Source of the DNA: Bacteroidales bacterium
GTDB lineage: Bacteria; Bacteroidota; Bacteroidia; Bacteroidales; VadinHA17
DNA: 64,000 nt
NCBI GenBank assembly: GCA_038207725.1
Contig: JBBQZN010000005.1
Span: forward strand, 23,877 to 87,876
Reading direction: 5' to 3'
The notes beneath the pieces were generated by a model. The model did no database searches. It was not told the origin of the DNA and saw only the letters and a program-made list of their open reading frames with translations. Shown one piece after another: positions 37,685-46,835 of the stretch; position 1 is the first letter of the stretch; each line of letters opens with the position of its first letter. The translations under genes were made by a program, and so were the position numbers.

Positions 37685-39685
37685 ATGAATACAATTGTCA
37701 GTCACCGAAACTTAACTATTTCCGAAACAGAGGCACTGCAATCCAATGGCTGCCGATGCGATGACTGGAGCAGGATAAAGGTCATGGATGGATTCGATCC
37801 TTCCTGCTGCACCAATGTTCTCCTTTCCGGAGATATAAGCCTTGGAGTATTTAATGATCCGTTTATTGATACCACCGGAGTGAGTATTCCAAGTGGAATT
37901 ATAAACGCACGACTTCATAATTGTACCATAGGCTCAAATGTAATTATCAATAATATAGGAGATTATATTGCTAATTATGTTATTGATGATGATGTAGTTA
38001 TAAAAAATTGCGGAAAGATTTATACAGAGGGCAAATCTGCCTTCGGAAATGGGATCTTAGTGTCAGTTCTCAATGAAACGGGGGGGAGGGCTGTGAAAAT
38101 ATGGGACAGGCTCTCTGCACATGAGGCATATATAGTTGCTCTTTACAGACACAGGAGCAAGGCAGTTGACTTACTAGAGAAGATGGTTGATGAGTATGCT
38201 TCTGCCGTATCATCTGAAATGGGCTTCATTGGAAAAGGATCAAGACTATTCAACTGCAGCAACATACGAAATGTTCGCTTCGGGCCTTACAGTCGTGCAG
38301 AAGGCGCAATAACAATTAATGAAGGTTCTGTTAACAGCAATGAGGCTGATCCGGTTTTAATAGGCCCGGGTGTCATAATGGAACATTTTATTGCCTGCTC
38401 GGGATCAATAATAACAGAATCAACAATTATCGATAAATGTTTCGTAGGGCAGGGCTGTATACTGGCAAAACACTATTCTGCAGAAAATTCACTTTTCTTT
38501 GCTAATTGCGGGGGATATCATGGGGAAGCATGCTCCATATTTGCAGGTCCTTACACTGTAACCCATCATAAGTCGACACTTCTTATTGCCGGTATTTTTT
38601 CATTTATGAATGCCGGAAGCGGTTCGAATCAGAGTAATCATATGTATAAGCTGGGCCCTATTCATCAGGGAATTATGGAGCGGGGTTCAAAGACCACCAG
38701 TGACTCTTACCTTCTCTGGCCCGCACGGATTGGTCCATTTACCCTGGTTATGGGCAGGCACTATACAAACCTCGATACATCATCTCTTCCATTCTCATAT
38801 CTTATTGAGAACAATGATGAGAGCGTGCTGGTTCCGGGTGTTAATCTGAGAAGTGTCGGTACAATACGTGATGCACAGAAATGGCCTCTGCGCGACAGAA
38901 GGAAGGACCCTGAAAAAATTGACCGGGTAAACTTTAACCTGCTTAGCCCGTATACAATCAGAAAAATGATCGCCGGAAGGGATCTTCTTAAAAAATTAAA
39001 AAGCGAGTCACCTCAGGACCTGGTTTCATATTCTTTTAATAACATGAAAATCAGCAGGTCTGCACTCGAGCGGGGGATAGAGTTTTACCAGACAGGCATA
39101 AATAAATTTCTGGGGAACTCAATTATTAAAAGACTTGAAGATAAACGGTTTAAGACTAACTCAGAGCTTCAGAGCAGGCTTCTGCCCGATTGTGAAGAAG
39201 GTAAAGGAGAGTGGGTAGATCTTGCAGGACTTATTACTCCTAAAACTGAAGTCGATCTGCTTCTTGATAAGGTTGAAAATGGAGAGATCGGATCAATTTA
39301 TGAACCCGGCGTAGGATTCATGGTAATGCACCAGTCGTATTACAACTGGGAATGGTCGTGGGCTTGCGAAAGGATTGAGGAGGAAACAGGAGTGACTGTT
39401 AATAAATTAACAGCAGAAGATGTTATCCGGATTGTTGAGCAATGGAAAAAAAGCGTGGTTGATCTTGATAATCTTCTATATGAGGATGCAAAGAAGGAGT
39501 TTACACTCTCCTCGATGACCGGATTTGGAATTGACGGAGGGGAAGATGTTAAAAAACTCGATTTTGAGAAGGTAAGGGGTGAATTTGAATCAAACAGTGT
39601 TGTAGCGGCAATCCGTGAACATATTATTCGCAAAACATCATTAGGTGATGAATTGATTCAAAGAATGAAAGAGATAGATAAGTGA
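37685..39685 (+). CDS. DUF4954-like protein with left-handed beta-helix-like repeats (unknown function)
   Basis: ORF 37607..39685 overlaps glmS. ATG 37685 gives MNTIVSHRNLTISETEALQSNGCRCDDWSRIKV. It has hexapeptide-like runs (LHNCTIGSNVIINNIGDYIANYVIDDDVVIKNCG). Confidence 0.65.
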   Translation: MNTIVSHRNLTISETEALQSNGCRCDDWSRIKVMDGFDPSCCTNVLLSGDISLGVFNDPFIDTTGVSIPSGIINARLHNCTIGSNVIINNIGDYIANYVIDDDVVIKNCGKIYTEGKSAFGNGILVSVLNETGGRAVKIWDRLSAHEAYIVALYRHRSKAVDLLEKMVDEYASAVSSEMGFIGKGSRLFNCSNIRNVRFGPYSRAEGAITINEGSVNSNEADPVLIGPGVIMEHFIACSGSIITESTIIDKCFVGQGCILAKHYSAENSLFFANCGGYHGEACSIFAGPYTVTHHKSTLLIAGIFSFMNAGSGSNQSNHMYKLGPIHQGIMERGSKTTSDSYLLWPARIGPFTLVMGRHYTNLDTSSLPFSYLIENNDESVLVPGVNLRSVGTIRDAQKWPLRDRRKDPEKIDRVNFNLLSPYTIRKMIAGRDLLKKLKSESPQDLVSYSFNNMKISRSALERGIEFYQTGINKFLGNSIIKRLEDKRFKTNSELQSRLLPDCEEGKGEWVDLAGLITPKTEVDLLLDKVENGEIGSIYEPGVGFMVMHQSYYNWEWSWACERIEEETGVTVNKLTAEDVIRIVEQWKKSVVDLDNLLYEDAKKEFTLSSMTGFGIDGGEDVKKLDFEKVRGEFESNSVVAAIREHIIRKTSLGDELIQRMKEIDK

Positions 39686-39691
39686 CCTTAA

Positions 39692-40747
39692 TTACCTTCC
39701 GGAATACATCTTTTCGTAGTATTTTCCATAGTCGCCTGAAAGAACATTCTCAAGCCACCTCTCGTTTGCGAGATACCACTCAACAGTTTTCTCCAGTCCG
39801 TCGGAAAACTCCGGTATCGGCGACCAGCCAAGTTCGTTCTGAAGTTTTGATGAGTCAATTGCATAACGCATATCATGACCGGGCCTGTCTTTAACATAGG
39901 TAATCAGTTTCTCTGAAGTGCCTTCCATCCGATTTAGCTTCTTGTCCATAACTCTGCAAAGCAATTTGATAAGATCTATATTCATCCACTCGTTATTGCC
40001 CCCGATATTATATGTCTCCCCAACTCTTCCCCTGTGATATATCAGATCAATGGCAGCAGCATGGTCTTCAACGTATAGCCAGTCGCGGATATTTTCTCCC
40101 TTTCCGTAAACAGGAATAGGTTTACTGTTTTTAATATTGTTGATGGCGAGAGGAATGAGTTTCTCGGGAAACTGGTTTGGTCCGTAATTATTTGAGCAAT
40201 TAGAAATTACAGATGGTAAGCCAAATGTATGGTTATAAGCCCTTACCAAATGGTCAGAACTGGCTTTTGATGCTGAATATGGACTCTTGGGATCATAGGC
40301 TGTTTCTTCGGTGAACAGACCCTCTTTTCCCAAAGACCCGTAAACCTCATCAGTCGAAATATGATAGAAAAGTTTTCCTTCAGGGGCGCCTTTCCAACTA
40401 TTGCGGGCAGCATTAAGCAGGTTAACAGTTCCTATAATATTTGTAAAAACAAACTCATCAGGACCTGTTATAGAGCGGTCGACATGCGATTCGGCAGCAA
40501 GATGGATAACCCCGTCAAAGCTATACTTTGAGAACAGTGTTACAACAGACTCTTTTTCAACAATATCTGTTTTTTCAAACCTGTAGTTAATGCTTTTATC
40601 TATATCTGAAAGATTCTCCAGATTACCGGCATAGGTTAGTTTATCTGCATTGACAACCAGATAATCAGGGTATTTTGTTACAAACCTTCTTACAATATGC
40701 GATCCGATGAAACCGGCTCCTCCTGTAATCAAAATGGTTTTTTTCAT
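39692..40747 (-). CDS. rfbB: dTDP-glucose 4,6-dehydratase
   Basis: 351 aa with TGGAGFIGSH Rossmann motif, YSASKASSDH (YxxxK) and the family-typical C-terminus. Confidence 0.9.
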   Translation of the reverse strand: MKKTILITGGAGFIGSHIVRRFVTKYPDYLVVNADKLTYAGNLENLSDIDKSINYRFEKTDIVEKESVVTLFSKYSFDGVIHLAAESHVDRSITGPDEFVFTNIIGTVNLLNAARNSWKGAPEGKLFYHISTDEVYGSLGKEGLFTEETAYDPKSPYSASKASSDHLVRAYNHTFGLPSVISNCSNNYGPNQFPEKLIPLAINNIKNSKPIPVYGKGENIRDWLYVEDHAAAIDLIYHRGRVGETYNIGGNNEWMNIDLIKLLCRVMDKKLNRMEGTSEKLITYVKDRPGHDMRYAIDSSKLQNELGWSPIPEFSDGLEKTVEWYLANERWLENVLSGDYGKYYEKMYSGR

Positions 40748-40749
40748 AG

Positions 40750-41781
40750 CTAATCCTTCTTGTTTCTGATAAATTTCTCCCAGTCCCAGGCAGTTTTCAT
40801 AGCCTCATCAAGTGTGCTGATTGTTTTCCAGCCAAGTTCCCTGTTGGCATAAGAAGGATCAGCCCATATCTTTTCAATATCCCCGGCTCTTCTTCCTGTT
40901 ATGCTGTAATTCAGTACTATGCCCGATACCCTCTCGAACGATTTAATTGCTTCCAAAACTGATACCCCATTACCTGTTCCAAGGTTGAAGACCTCATAGT
41001 TTGACTTGTTTTTGTTTTCCATGAGCCTTTTGACCGCAACGGCATGAGCCTTTGCAAGATCAACAACATGCAGGTAATCTCTAACGCATGATCCATCAGG
41101 GGTGTTGTAGTCATTCCCGAATACTTTCAGTTCTTTTCTTAGCCCGTAAGCTGTTTGTGTTATATATGGAACCAGATTCTCAGGCACACCTCTTGGCAAC
41201 TCTCCTATTAACGAGGAAGGATGAGCTCCTATAGGGTTAAAATATCTCAGCGATATTGCTTTTATATTATTATCTGATGCAGTTGTGTCTCTGATTATTG
41301 ATTCTCCAATTTGTTTGGTGTTTCCATAAGGCGAAGTGGCCGGCTGAAGAGGAGCATCCTCTGTTACAGGAAGTTTTTCCGGCTGTCCATAAACGGTGCA
41401 TGATGATGAAAAGACTAAATCAGGCACCCCGAACTGTTTCATTGCATCAAGAATATTTACCAGCGAAACCAGATTATTCCTGTAATATTCTAATGGCTTG
41501 TTCACGGATTCTCCTACTGCTTTATATGCAGCAAAATGAATTATGGCAGAAATATCTGATTGTTTTTTAAAGAAGCTGAACAACTTCTCTTTATCACAGA
41601 GGTCAAAAACTTCAAGATGCGGTTTAACCCCGCATATCTGATGAATACGGTCAACGACCTCAATCTCTGAGTTATAGAGATTGTCAATAATTACAACATC
41701 ATATCCTTCCTCAATAAGTTCAACAGTTGTATGTGAACCGATATATCCGGTGCCGCCGGTAACCAGGATTTTTTTCTTCAT
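40750..41781 (-). CDS. galE: UDP-glucose 4-epimerase
   Basis: 343 aa with VTGGTGYIGSH and YGNTKQ (YxxxK). The start overlaps the upstream stop by 1 nt (TAATG). Confidence 0.85.
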   Translation of the reverse strand: MKKKILVTGGTGYIGSHTTVELIEEGYDVVIIDNLYNSEIEVVDRIHQICGVKPHLEVFDLCDKEKLFSFFKKQSDISAIIHFAAYKAVGESVNKPLEYYRNNLVSLVNILDAMKQFGVPDLVFSSSCTVYGQPEKLPVTEDAPLQPATSPYGNTKQIGESIIRDTTASDNNIKAISLRYFNPIGAHPSSLIGELPRGVPENLVPYITQTAYGLRKELKVFGNDYNTPDGSCVRDYLHVVDLAKAHAVAVKRLMENKNKSNYEVFNLGTGNGVSVLEAIKSFERVSGIVLNYSITGRRAGDIEKIWADPSYANRELGWKTISTLDEAMKTAWDWEKFIRNKKD

Positions 41782-43070
41782 TAAAGACTCCAGTAAGTGT
41801 GATTTTTGATTTTGCCCCTTAGAACTCCTTTCACATCAACAACAATTCCGTCTTTATTAAGAAGTTGAGTGAAGTATGATTCATCCAGACCAATGTACTC
41901 TTTATGGCTTACTGCAAGTATAACAGCGTCGTATTTCCCTTCAGGCTTCTTTTTCAGATCAATGCCATACTCTTCTTTTACCTCATGAGCGTTCGCACCG
42001 GGATCAATAATATCGACTGAGAGGCCAAACTCAACGAGTTCACTTATCACATCAACTACTTTTGAGTTACGTATATCCGTAACATCTTCCTTGAATGTAA
42101 TTCCCATTATCAGAACTCTTGCCTCTTTAAGACCTTTTCCGACAGCTATTATCTTCTTAACAGTCTGTTTGCCGATATACCTTCCCATGCTGTCGTTTAT
42201 AAATCTTCCTGAGTCGATCATCTGAGGATGGTAGCCGAGTTCTTTGGCCTTAAATGAAAGATAGTAAGGGTCAACTCCGATGCAATGTCCCCCTACAAGT
42301 CCCGGAAAGAACTTAAGAAAATTCCATTTTGTACCTGCAGCCTCAAGAACCTCAAATGTATTTATGCCCATGCGGTTAAATATTATTGAGAGTTCATTCA
42401 TGAAGGCAATATTGATATCGCGCTGTGTGTTTTCAATGATTTTGGCAGCCTCGGCAACTTTTATTGAACTGGCCCTGTAAACACCGGCTTTAATTATCAG
42501 CTCATAGATTTTAGCAATGTTTTCTGCTGATTCGGCATCACAGCCGCTGGTAACTTTTGTAATCTTGGTGAGGGTGTGATTTGTGTCACCCGGATTTATT
42601 CTTTCAGGGGAGAAGCCAACTTTAAAGTCGATTCCGCATTTGAGTTGCGAATATCTCTCAAGAACCGGAACGCAATCATCTTCTGTACAACCAGGATATA
42701 CAGTTGACTCATATACAACATAATCGCCCTTTTTCAGAATCCTTCCAACAGTTTCAGATGCTTTAAGTACAGGAGTAAGGTCAGGAAGGTTATGCCGGTC
42801 AGTAGGTGTGGGAACTGCAATAATATGAAATGATGCCTCCCTCAGATCTTCGGGATTGCTGGTCAGTAATATATCGCTGTTTTTAAAAGCTTCGGATGTA
42901 AGTTCATTGCTGGGGTCGATTCCCTTTTTCATCAATTCAACCCGGTCGGGTTTTATATCAAAACCAACAACCCTTAACTGCTTTGCAAACTCGAGAGCGA
43001 TTGGCAGTCCAACATAACCAAGTCCAATAAGAGAAAGTTTAGTCTCCTTGTTGATAAGCCTTTTGTACAT
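41781..43070 (-). CDS. nucleotide-sugar dehydrogenase, WbpA/TviB-like (UDP-GlcNAc 6-dehydrogenase type)
   Basis: 429 aa with the N-terminal Rossmann motif IGLGYVGLPIA and a catalytic-Cys region (GGHCIGVDPYY). Confidence 0.8.
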   Translation of the reverse strand: MYKRLINKETKLSLIGLGYVGLPIALEFAKQLRVVGFDIKPDRVELMKKGIDPSNELTSEAFKNSDILLTSNPEDLREASFHIIAVPTPTDRHNLPDLTPVLKASETVGRILKKGDYVVYESTVYPGCTEDDCVPVLERYSQLKCGIDFKVGFSPERINPGDTNHTLTKITKVTSGCDAESAENIAKIYELIIKAGVYRASSIKVAEAAKIIENTQRDINIAFMNELSIIFNRMGINTFEVLEAAGTKWNFLKFFPGLVGGHCIGVDPYYLSFKAKELGYHPQMIDSGRFINDSMGRYIGKQTVKKIIAVGKGLKEARVLIMGITFKEDVTDIRNSKVVDVISELVEFGLSVDIIDPGANAHEVKEEYGIDLKKKPEGKYDAVILAVSHKEYIGLDESYFTQLLNKDGIVVDVKGVLRGKIKNHTYWSL

Positions 43071-43078
43071 AATGAGTG

Positions 43079-44035
43079 TTATAAAATTGTTTTTAAAATC
43101 GGATGGAAATCCCCTCTAAGCCCTACAGGCTTTGAATTTCGGATTGTGTACGCTATTTCGACTGATTGTTTTGCCTTATCGAGACCGAAGCCTTTTCCGG
43201 CAAGAATATCTTTATAAGTTTCGGTATGAAGTTCGGTGAACCCTTCGCTGAACTCAATCTCTTCACCATCAACAGTTATTGATCTGTATGTTCTTTTACC
43301 GGTTTTTTTAATCTGATCAGGAATATCATTATAATCGAGACTCAGGAACCATCTTACTCTGCCGTTTTCAAGTTCCAGATAGCCTGCTGCTTTATCTTTT
43401 TCTGAAACATGCACAATGTTCTGTCTGGCATCACCGAATATCCAGGCCAGCATATCAAAAAAATGTATTCCAATGTTTGTAGCAACGCCTCCTGATTTCT
43501 GGATATCCCCCTTCCATGATATTGAGTACCAGTTTCCTCGGCTGGTAACATATGTAAGGTCAATATCATAAATCTTATCCTTTGGTCCGTTCTTTATCTT
43601 TTCACGAAGCTCAATAATTTTCGGATGAAGGCGCAGTTGCAGGACTGTATATATTTTCCGGCCAGTCTCATTTTCAATCTCCTGAAGTGCTTCAACATTC
43701 CATGGATTGAGAACAATCGGTTTTTCACATATAGCGTCTGTCTGGTGACGAAGCGCAAATCGTATGTGTGAATCGTGAAGATAATTCGGCGAACAAATGC
43801 TTACATAATCAATTTTTGTACCGGTTCTTTTCAGTTTATCAAAATGGCGGTCAAACCGTTCAAACTCTACAAAAAAATCACTTTCGGGAAAATAGCTGTC
43901 GATAATACCAACACTGTCAAACTTATCAAGACTGGCAAGCAGGTTATTTCCTGTCTCTTTTATTGCTCTGAGATGTCGAACTGCAATATATCCTGCCACA
44001 CCTATGATTCCGAAGTTTTTTGGAGTCTCTGTCAT
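43079..44035 (-). CDS. Gfo/Idh/MocA oxidoreductase, WbpB-like
   Basis: 318 aa with FGIIGVAGYIAVRHLRAI and an EKP motif (ICEKPIV). Its context between WbpA-like and WbpD-like genes fits. Confidence 0.75.
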   Translation of the reverse strand: MTETPKNFGIIGVAGYIAVRHLRAIKETGNNLLASLDKFDSVGIIDSYFPESDFFVEFERFDRHFDKLKRTGTKIDYVSICSPNYLHDSHIRFALRHQTDAICEKPIVLNPWNVEALQEIENETGRKIYTVLQLRLHPKIIELREKIKNGPKDKIYDIDLTYVTSRGNWYSISWKGDIQKSGGVATNIGIHFFDMLAWIFGDARQNIVHVSEKDKAAGYLELENGRVRWFLSLDYNDIPDQIKKTGKRTYRSITVDGEEIEFSEGFTELHTETYKDILAGKGFGLDKAKQSVEIAYTIRNSKPVGLRGDFHPILKTIL

Positions 44036-44064
44036 AGATATTCATTTAAGGGAGAACAAAAATA

Positions 44065-44643
44065 CTAAATAATTTTAGAAACGGCGCCATTTTCCAGCCT
44101 GTAGTGGGCTCCGCTTTCAGGGCAGCTTGCCTTGCCGCTTTCATCAAATTTAAGCTTGTGGCCAAATTCGCTCATCCATCCTGTCTGTTTTGCAGGATTT
44201 CCGATAACCAGTGCGTATGGTTTAACATCTTTCGTTACAACAGCACCGGCGCCTATGAAAGCAAATGTTCCTATCCGGTTACCGCATACAATTGTTGCAT
44301 TTGCACCTATTGAGGCACCTTTTTCAACTGTGGTTTTCGAATAGCTCTCTTTTCTTATTATCGCACTTCTTGGATTTATTATATTGGTAAAAACCATCGA
44401 TGGACCCAGGAATACATCATCTTCACAAACTACACCTGTATAAATAGAAACATTATTCTGAACCTTAACATTCCGGCCCAGGATCACCCCGGGTGAAATA
44501 ACCACGTTTTGTCCGATATTGCAGTTTTCACCCAGAACCGATCCGCTCATTATATGACTGAAGTGCCAGATCTTTGTTCCTTTTCCGATTTTACAACCGT
44601 CGTCCACAACTGCTGTTTCGTGCGCAAAGTACTCTTTCTCCAT
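44065..44643 (-). CDS. hexapeptide-repeat N-acetyltransferase, WbpD/WlbB-like
   Basis: 192 aa, left-handed beta-helix. It contains AVVDDGCKIGKGTKIWHFSHIMSGSVLGENCNIGQNVVI. Confidence 0.8.
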   Translation of the reverse strand: MEKEYFAHETAVVDDGCKIGKGTKIWHFSHIMSGSVLGENCNIGQNVVISPGVILGRNVKVQNNVSIYTGVVCEDDVFLGPSMVFTNIINPRSAIIRKESYSKTTVEKGASIGANATIVCGNRIGTFAFIGAGAVVTKDVKPYALVIGNPAKQTGWMSEFGHKLKFDESGKASCPESGAHYRLENGAVSKII

Positions 44644-44646
44644 AAG

Positions 44647-45777
44647 CTATTTATCAAAGAAATTCAATATATTAACTGTTATATAATCAATTTGTTCCTG
44701 TTCCATTTCAGGGTGCATAGGCAATGAAAGCACCTCTTTGCATAATTCAGCTGTAACAGGAAATTCATTCTCGCCGTAGCCCAGAAACCTGTAAGCTTCC
44801 TGCATGTGAAGCGGACCCGGGTAATAGACCATAACCGGAATTTTCTTCTCTTCAAGATATTTCTTAAGAGCATCCCTTTTGCCGTTCTTAATTCTTAGGG
44901 TATACTGATGGAAGATATGTGTTGACCATTTTACCCTTTCAGGGACTATAAGAGAGTTGCATGATAAGAAAGCCTTATCATACTGATCTGCAACAGAAAC
45001 TCTCGCCTCATTGAAGCGGGTAAGATATTTAAGCTTGACACGGAGTATCGCTGCCTGTATTGTATCAAGTCTTGAGTTTATTCCAATATCGTCGTGATGA
45101 TATCTTATCTTCATGCCATGGTTGGCTATGCTTCTCAGTTTCAGAGCAAGAGCATCATTATTAGTGTAGAGAGCCCCGCCATCACCATAACATCCCAGAT
45201 TCTTTGACGGAAAAAATGAAGTAGTACCTATGTCACCTATAGTACCGGCCTTTTTTCCTGTTCTGTCTTTGAAAACATAATCAGCCCCTGTTGCCTGAGC
45301 AGCATCTTCAATAACATAAAGATTATTTTCAGCAGCGATCTTCATTATGCCTTCCATGTCGGCACACTGACCGAAGAGATGTACAGGTACAATGACGCGG
45401 GTATGTTTTGTAACAGCTTTTTTTACTGCTTCAACAGAAATGTTAAAGCTTCCGGGCTCTGGATCGACAATTACGAGCTTCAGTCCAAGTAATGCTACTA
45501 CCTCGACGGTTGCTATGAAAGTAAAATTTGTTGTAATAACCTCATCGCCGGGTTTAAGTCCCAAAGCCATTATTGCCAGTTGAAGAGCATCAGTCCCGTT
45601 GGCACAGGAGATCACATGTTTTACTCCCATGTAAGCCTGAAGTTCTTCTTCAAATATCTTTACATCAGGCCCTTTGATGAAGGCAGATGTTTCAAGTACG
45701 TTTTTTATGGCAGCATCAATCTCAGGCTTTAATTTCCCATATTGGGCCTTAAGATCGACCATCTGAATATCTCTCAT
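44647..45777 (-). CDS. DegT/DnrJ/EryC1-family PLP aminotransferase, WbpE/PorR-like
   Basis: ORF begins at TTG 45786. ATG 45777 gives MRDIQMVDLKAQY. It has the PLP-lysine region (SFFPSKNLGCYGDGG). Confidence 0.85.
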   Translation of the reverse strand: MRDIQMVDLKAQYGKLKPEIDAAIKNVLETSAFIKGPDVKIFEEELQAYMGVKHVISCANGTDALQLAIMALGLKPGDEVITTNFTFIATVEVVALLGLKLVIVDPEPGSFNISVEAVKKAVTKHTRVIVPVHLFGQCADMEGIMKIAAENNLYVIEDAAQATGADYVFKDRTGKKAGTIGDIGTTSFFPSKNLGCYGDGGALYTNNDALALKLRSIANHGMKIRYHHDDIGINSRLDTIQAAILRVKLKYLTRFNEARVSVADQYDKAFLSCNSLIVPERVKWSTHIFHQYTLRIKNGKRDALKKYLEEKKIPVMVYYPGPLHMQEAYRFLGYGENEFPVTAELCKEVLSLPMHPEMEQEQIDYITVNILNFFDK

Positions 45778-45833
45778 TGAAATCAAATTTTAAGAATTAC
45801 GAAGATAATATTTTTCGGGAAGACTTTTTTTCT

Positions 45834-45841
45834 TATTTTTG
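45834..45841 (+). promoter_or_regulatory. -7 box (TAnnTTTG) for the SPOR-domain gene
   Basis: TATTTTTG, 21 nt upstream of GTG 45862. Confidence 0.45.
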
Positions 45842-45861
45842 TAATAACAAATCATTTTTAA

Positions 45862-46830
45862 GTGGACATAACTGCTCATATACGGGAACTTCTATTCGGA
45901 CACGACTGTGTAATTGTACCCGGTTTTGGCGGCTTTATCGGTAACCATACCCCTGCGCACCTTGACAAGAGTACGGGTACTTTTTTCCCGCCTGTGAAGC
46001 AGATCTCCTTCAACAGGAACCTCAATCATAACGACGGGCTGCTTATAGGTAAGATTTCCGGGTCGTCGGGTCTCAGTTACAGAGATGCCCGTAACCTTGT
46101 TGATGAGTTTGTATCAGAACTGCGGAATAAACTGAATAAGGGAGAAACAATTGTTTTTGATAATATAGGCACATTTCTTAATAATCAGGAGGGAAGCATT
46201 CAGTTTGAGCCTGACAGGAATGCAAATTATTATCTCGGATCATACGGGCTTGAGCCATTTCAGTGTTTCCCGCTTGAAGGCTATGATGTAAGGAAACAGG
46301 TAGTAAGACATATAAGTAAGGAGCCTGTTAAAAGGGCTTCAATGAGAAAAATAATGTGGAGGGCAGCTGTTATTATTCCGCTCTTAGCTGTTTTGGTTGC
46401 TGTTCCACTCAAAACAGAAATTTTTAAAACAAAAGTTGAAACCACAACTTTAAATCCTCTGGTTTCAGCTGAACTTGAACATAATAAAGATGCAGTAGAT
46501 GCTGATTTAAAAGCAGATAATGCAAAGACGGAAGAGATAAACGTTTCAGTAGCTGAACCGGTTTCAATGTCTGTTCCTCCTACTGTTGTCTCTGGTATTT
46601 CTGATAACAATACCTATTATCTTGTCACGGGCAGCTTTCATTCAAAGGATAATGCTGAACTGCAGGCCGGAATGCTTAAGGCCGAGGGTTTTGAACCTGA
46701 GATTGTTGCTGCTCCAAATGGTTTCTACAGGGTTAGCGCGATGTTATGCAACGATCTGGCTGTTGCAAAGACCAAAAAAGACAGCATTTCGAAAAAATTT
46801 CCGGGATCCTGGATTTCCAGAAAGAAATAG
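45862..46830 (+). CDS. HU-like N-terminal domain / SPOR-domain protein
   Basis: 322 aa with a GTG start. It has the N-terminal HIRELLFGHDCVIVPGFGGF, one central TM and a C-terminal SPOR-like segment (YYLVTGSFHSKDNAELQAGMLKAEGFEPEIV). Confidence 0.75.
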   Translation: MDITAHIRELLFGHDCVIVPGFGGFIGNHTPAHLDKSTGTFFPPVKQISFNRNLNHNDGLLIGKISGSSGLSYRDARNLVDEFVSELRNKLNKGETIVFDNIGTFLNNQEGSIQFEPDRNANYYLGSYGLEPFQCFPLEGYDVRKQVVRHISKEPVKRASMRKIMWRAAVIIPLLAVLVAVPLKTEIFKTKVETTTLNPLVSAELEHNKDAVDADLKADNAKTEEINVSVAEPVSMSVPPTVVSGISDNNTYYLVTGSFHSKDNAELQAGMLKAEGFEPEIVAAPNGFYRVSAMLCNDLAVAKTKKDSISKKFPGSWISRKK

Positions 46831-46835
46831 CATTT

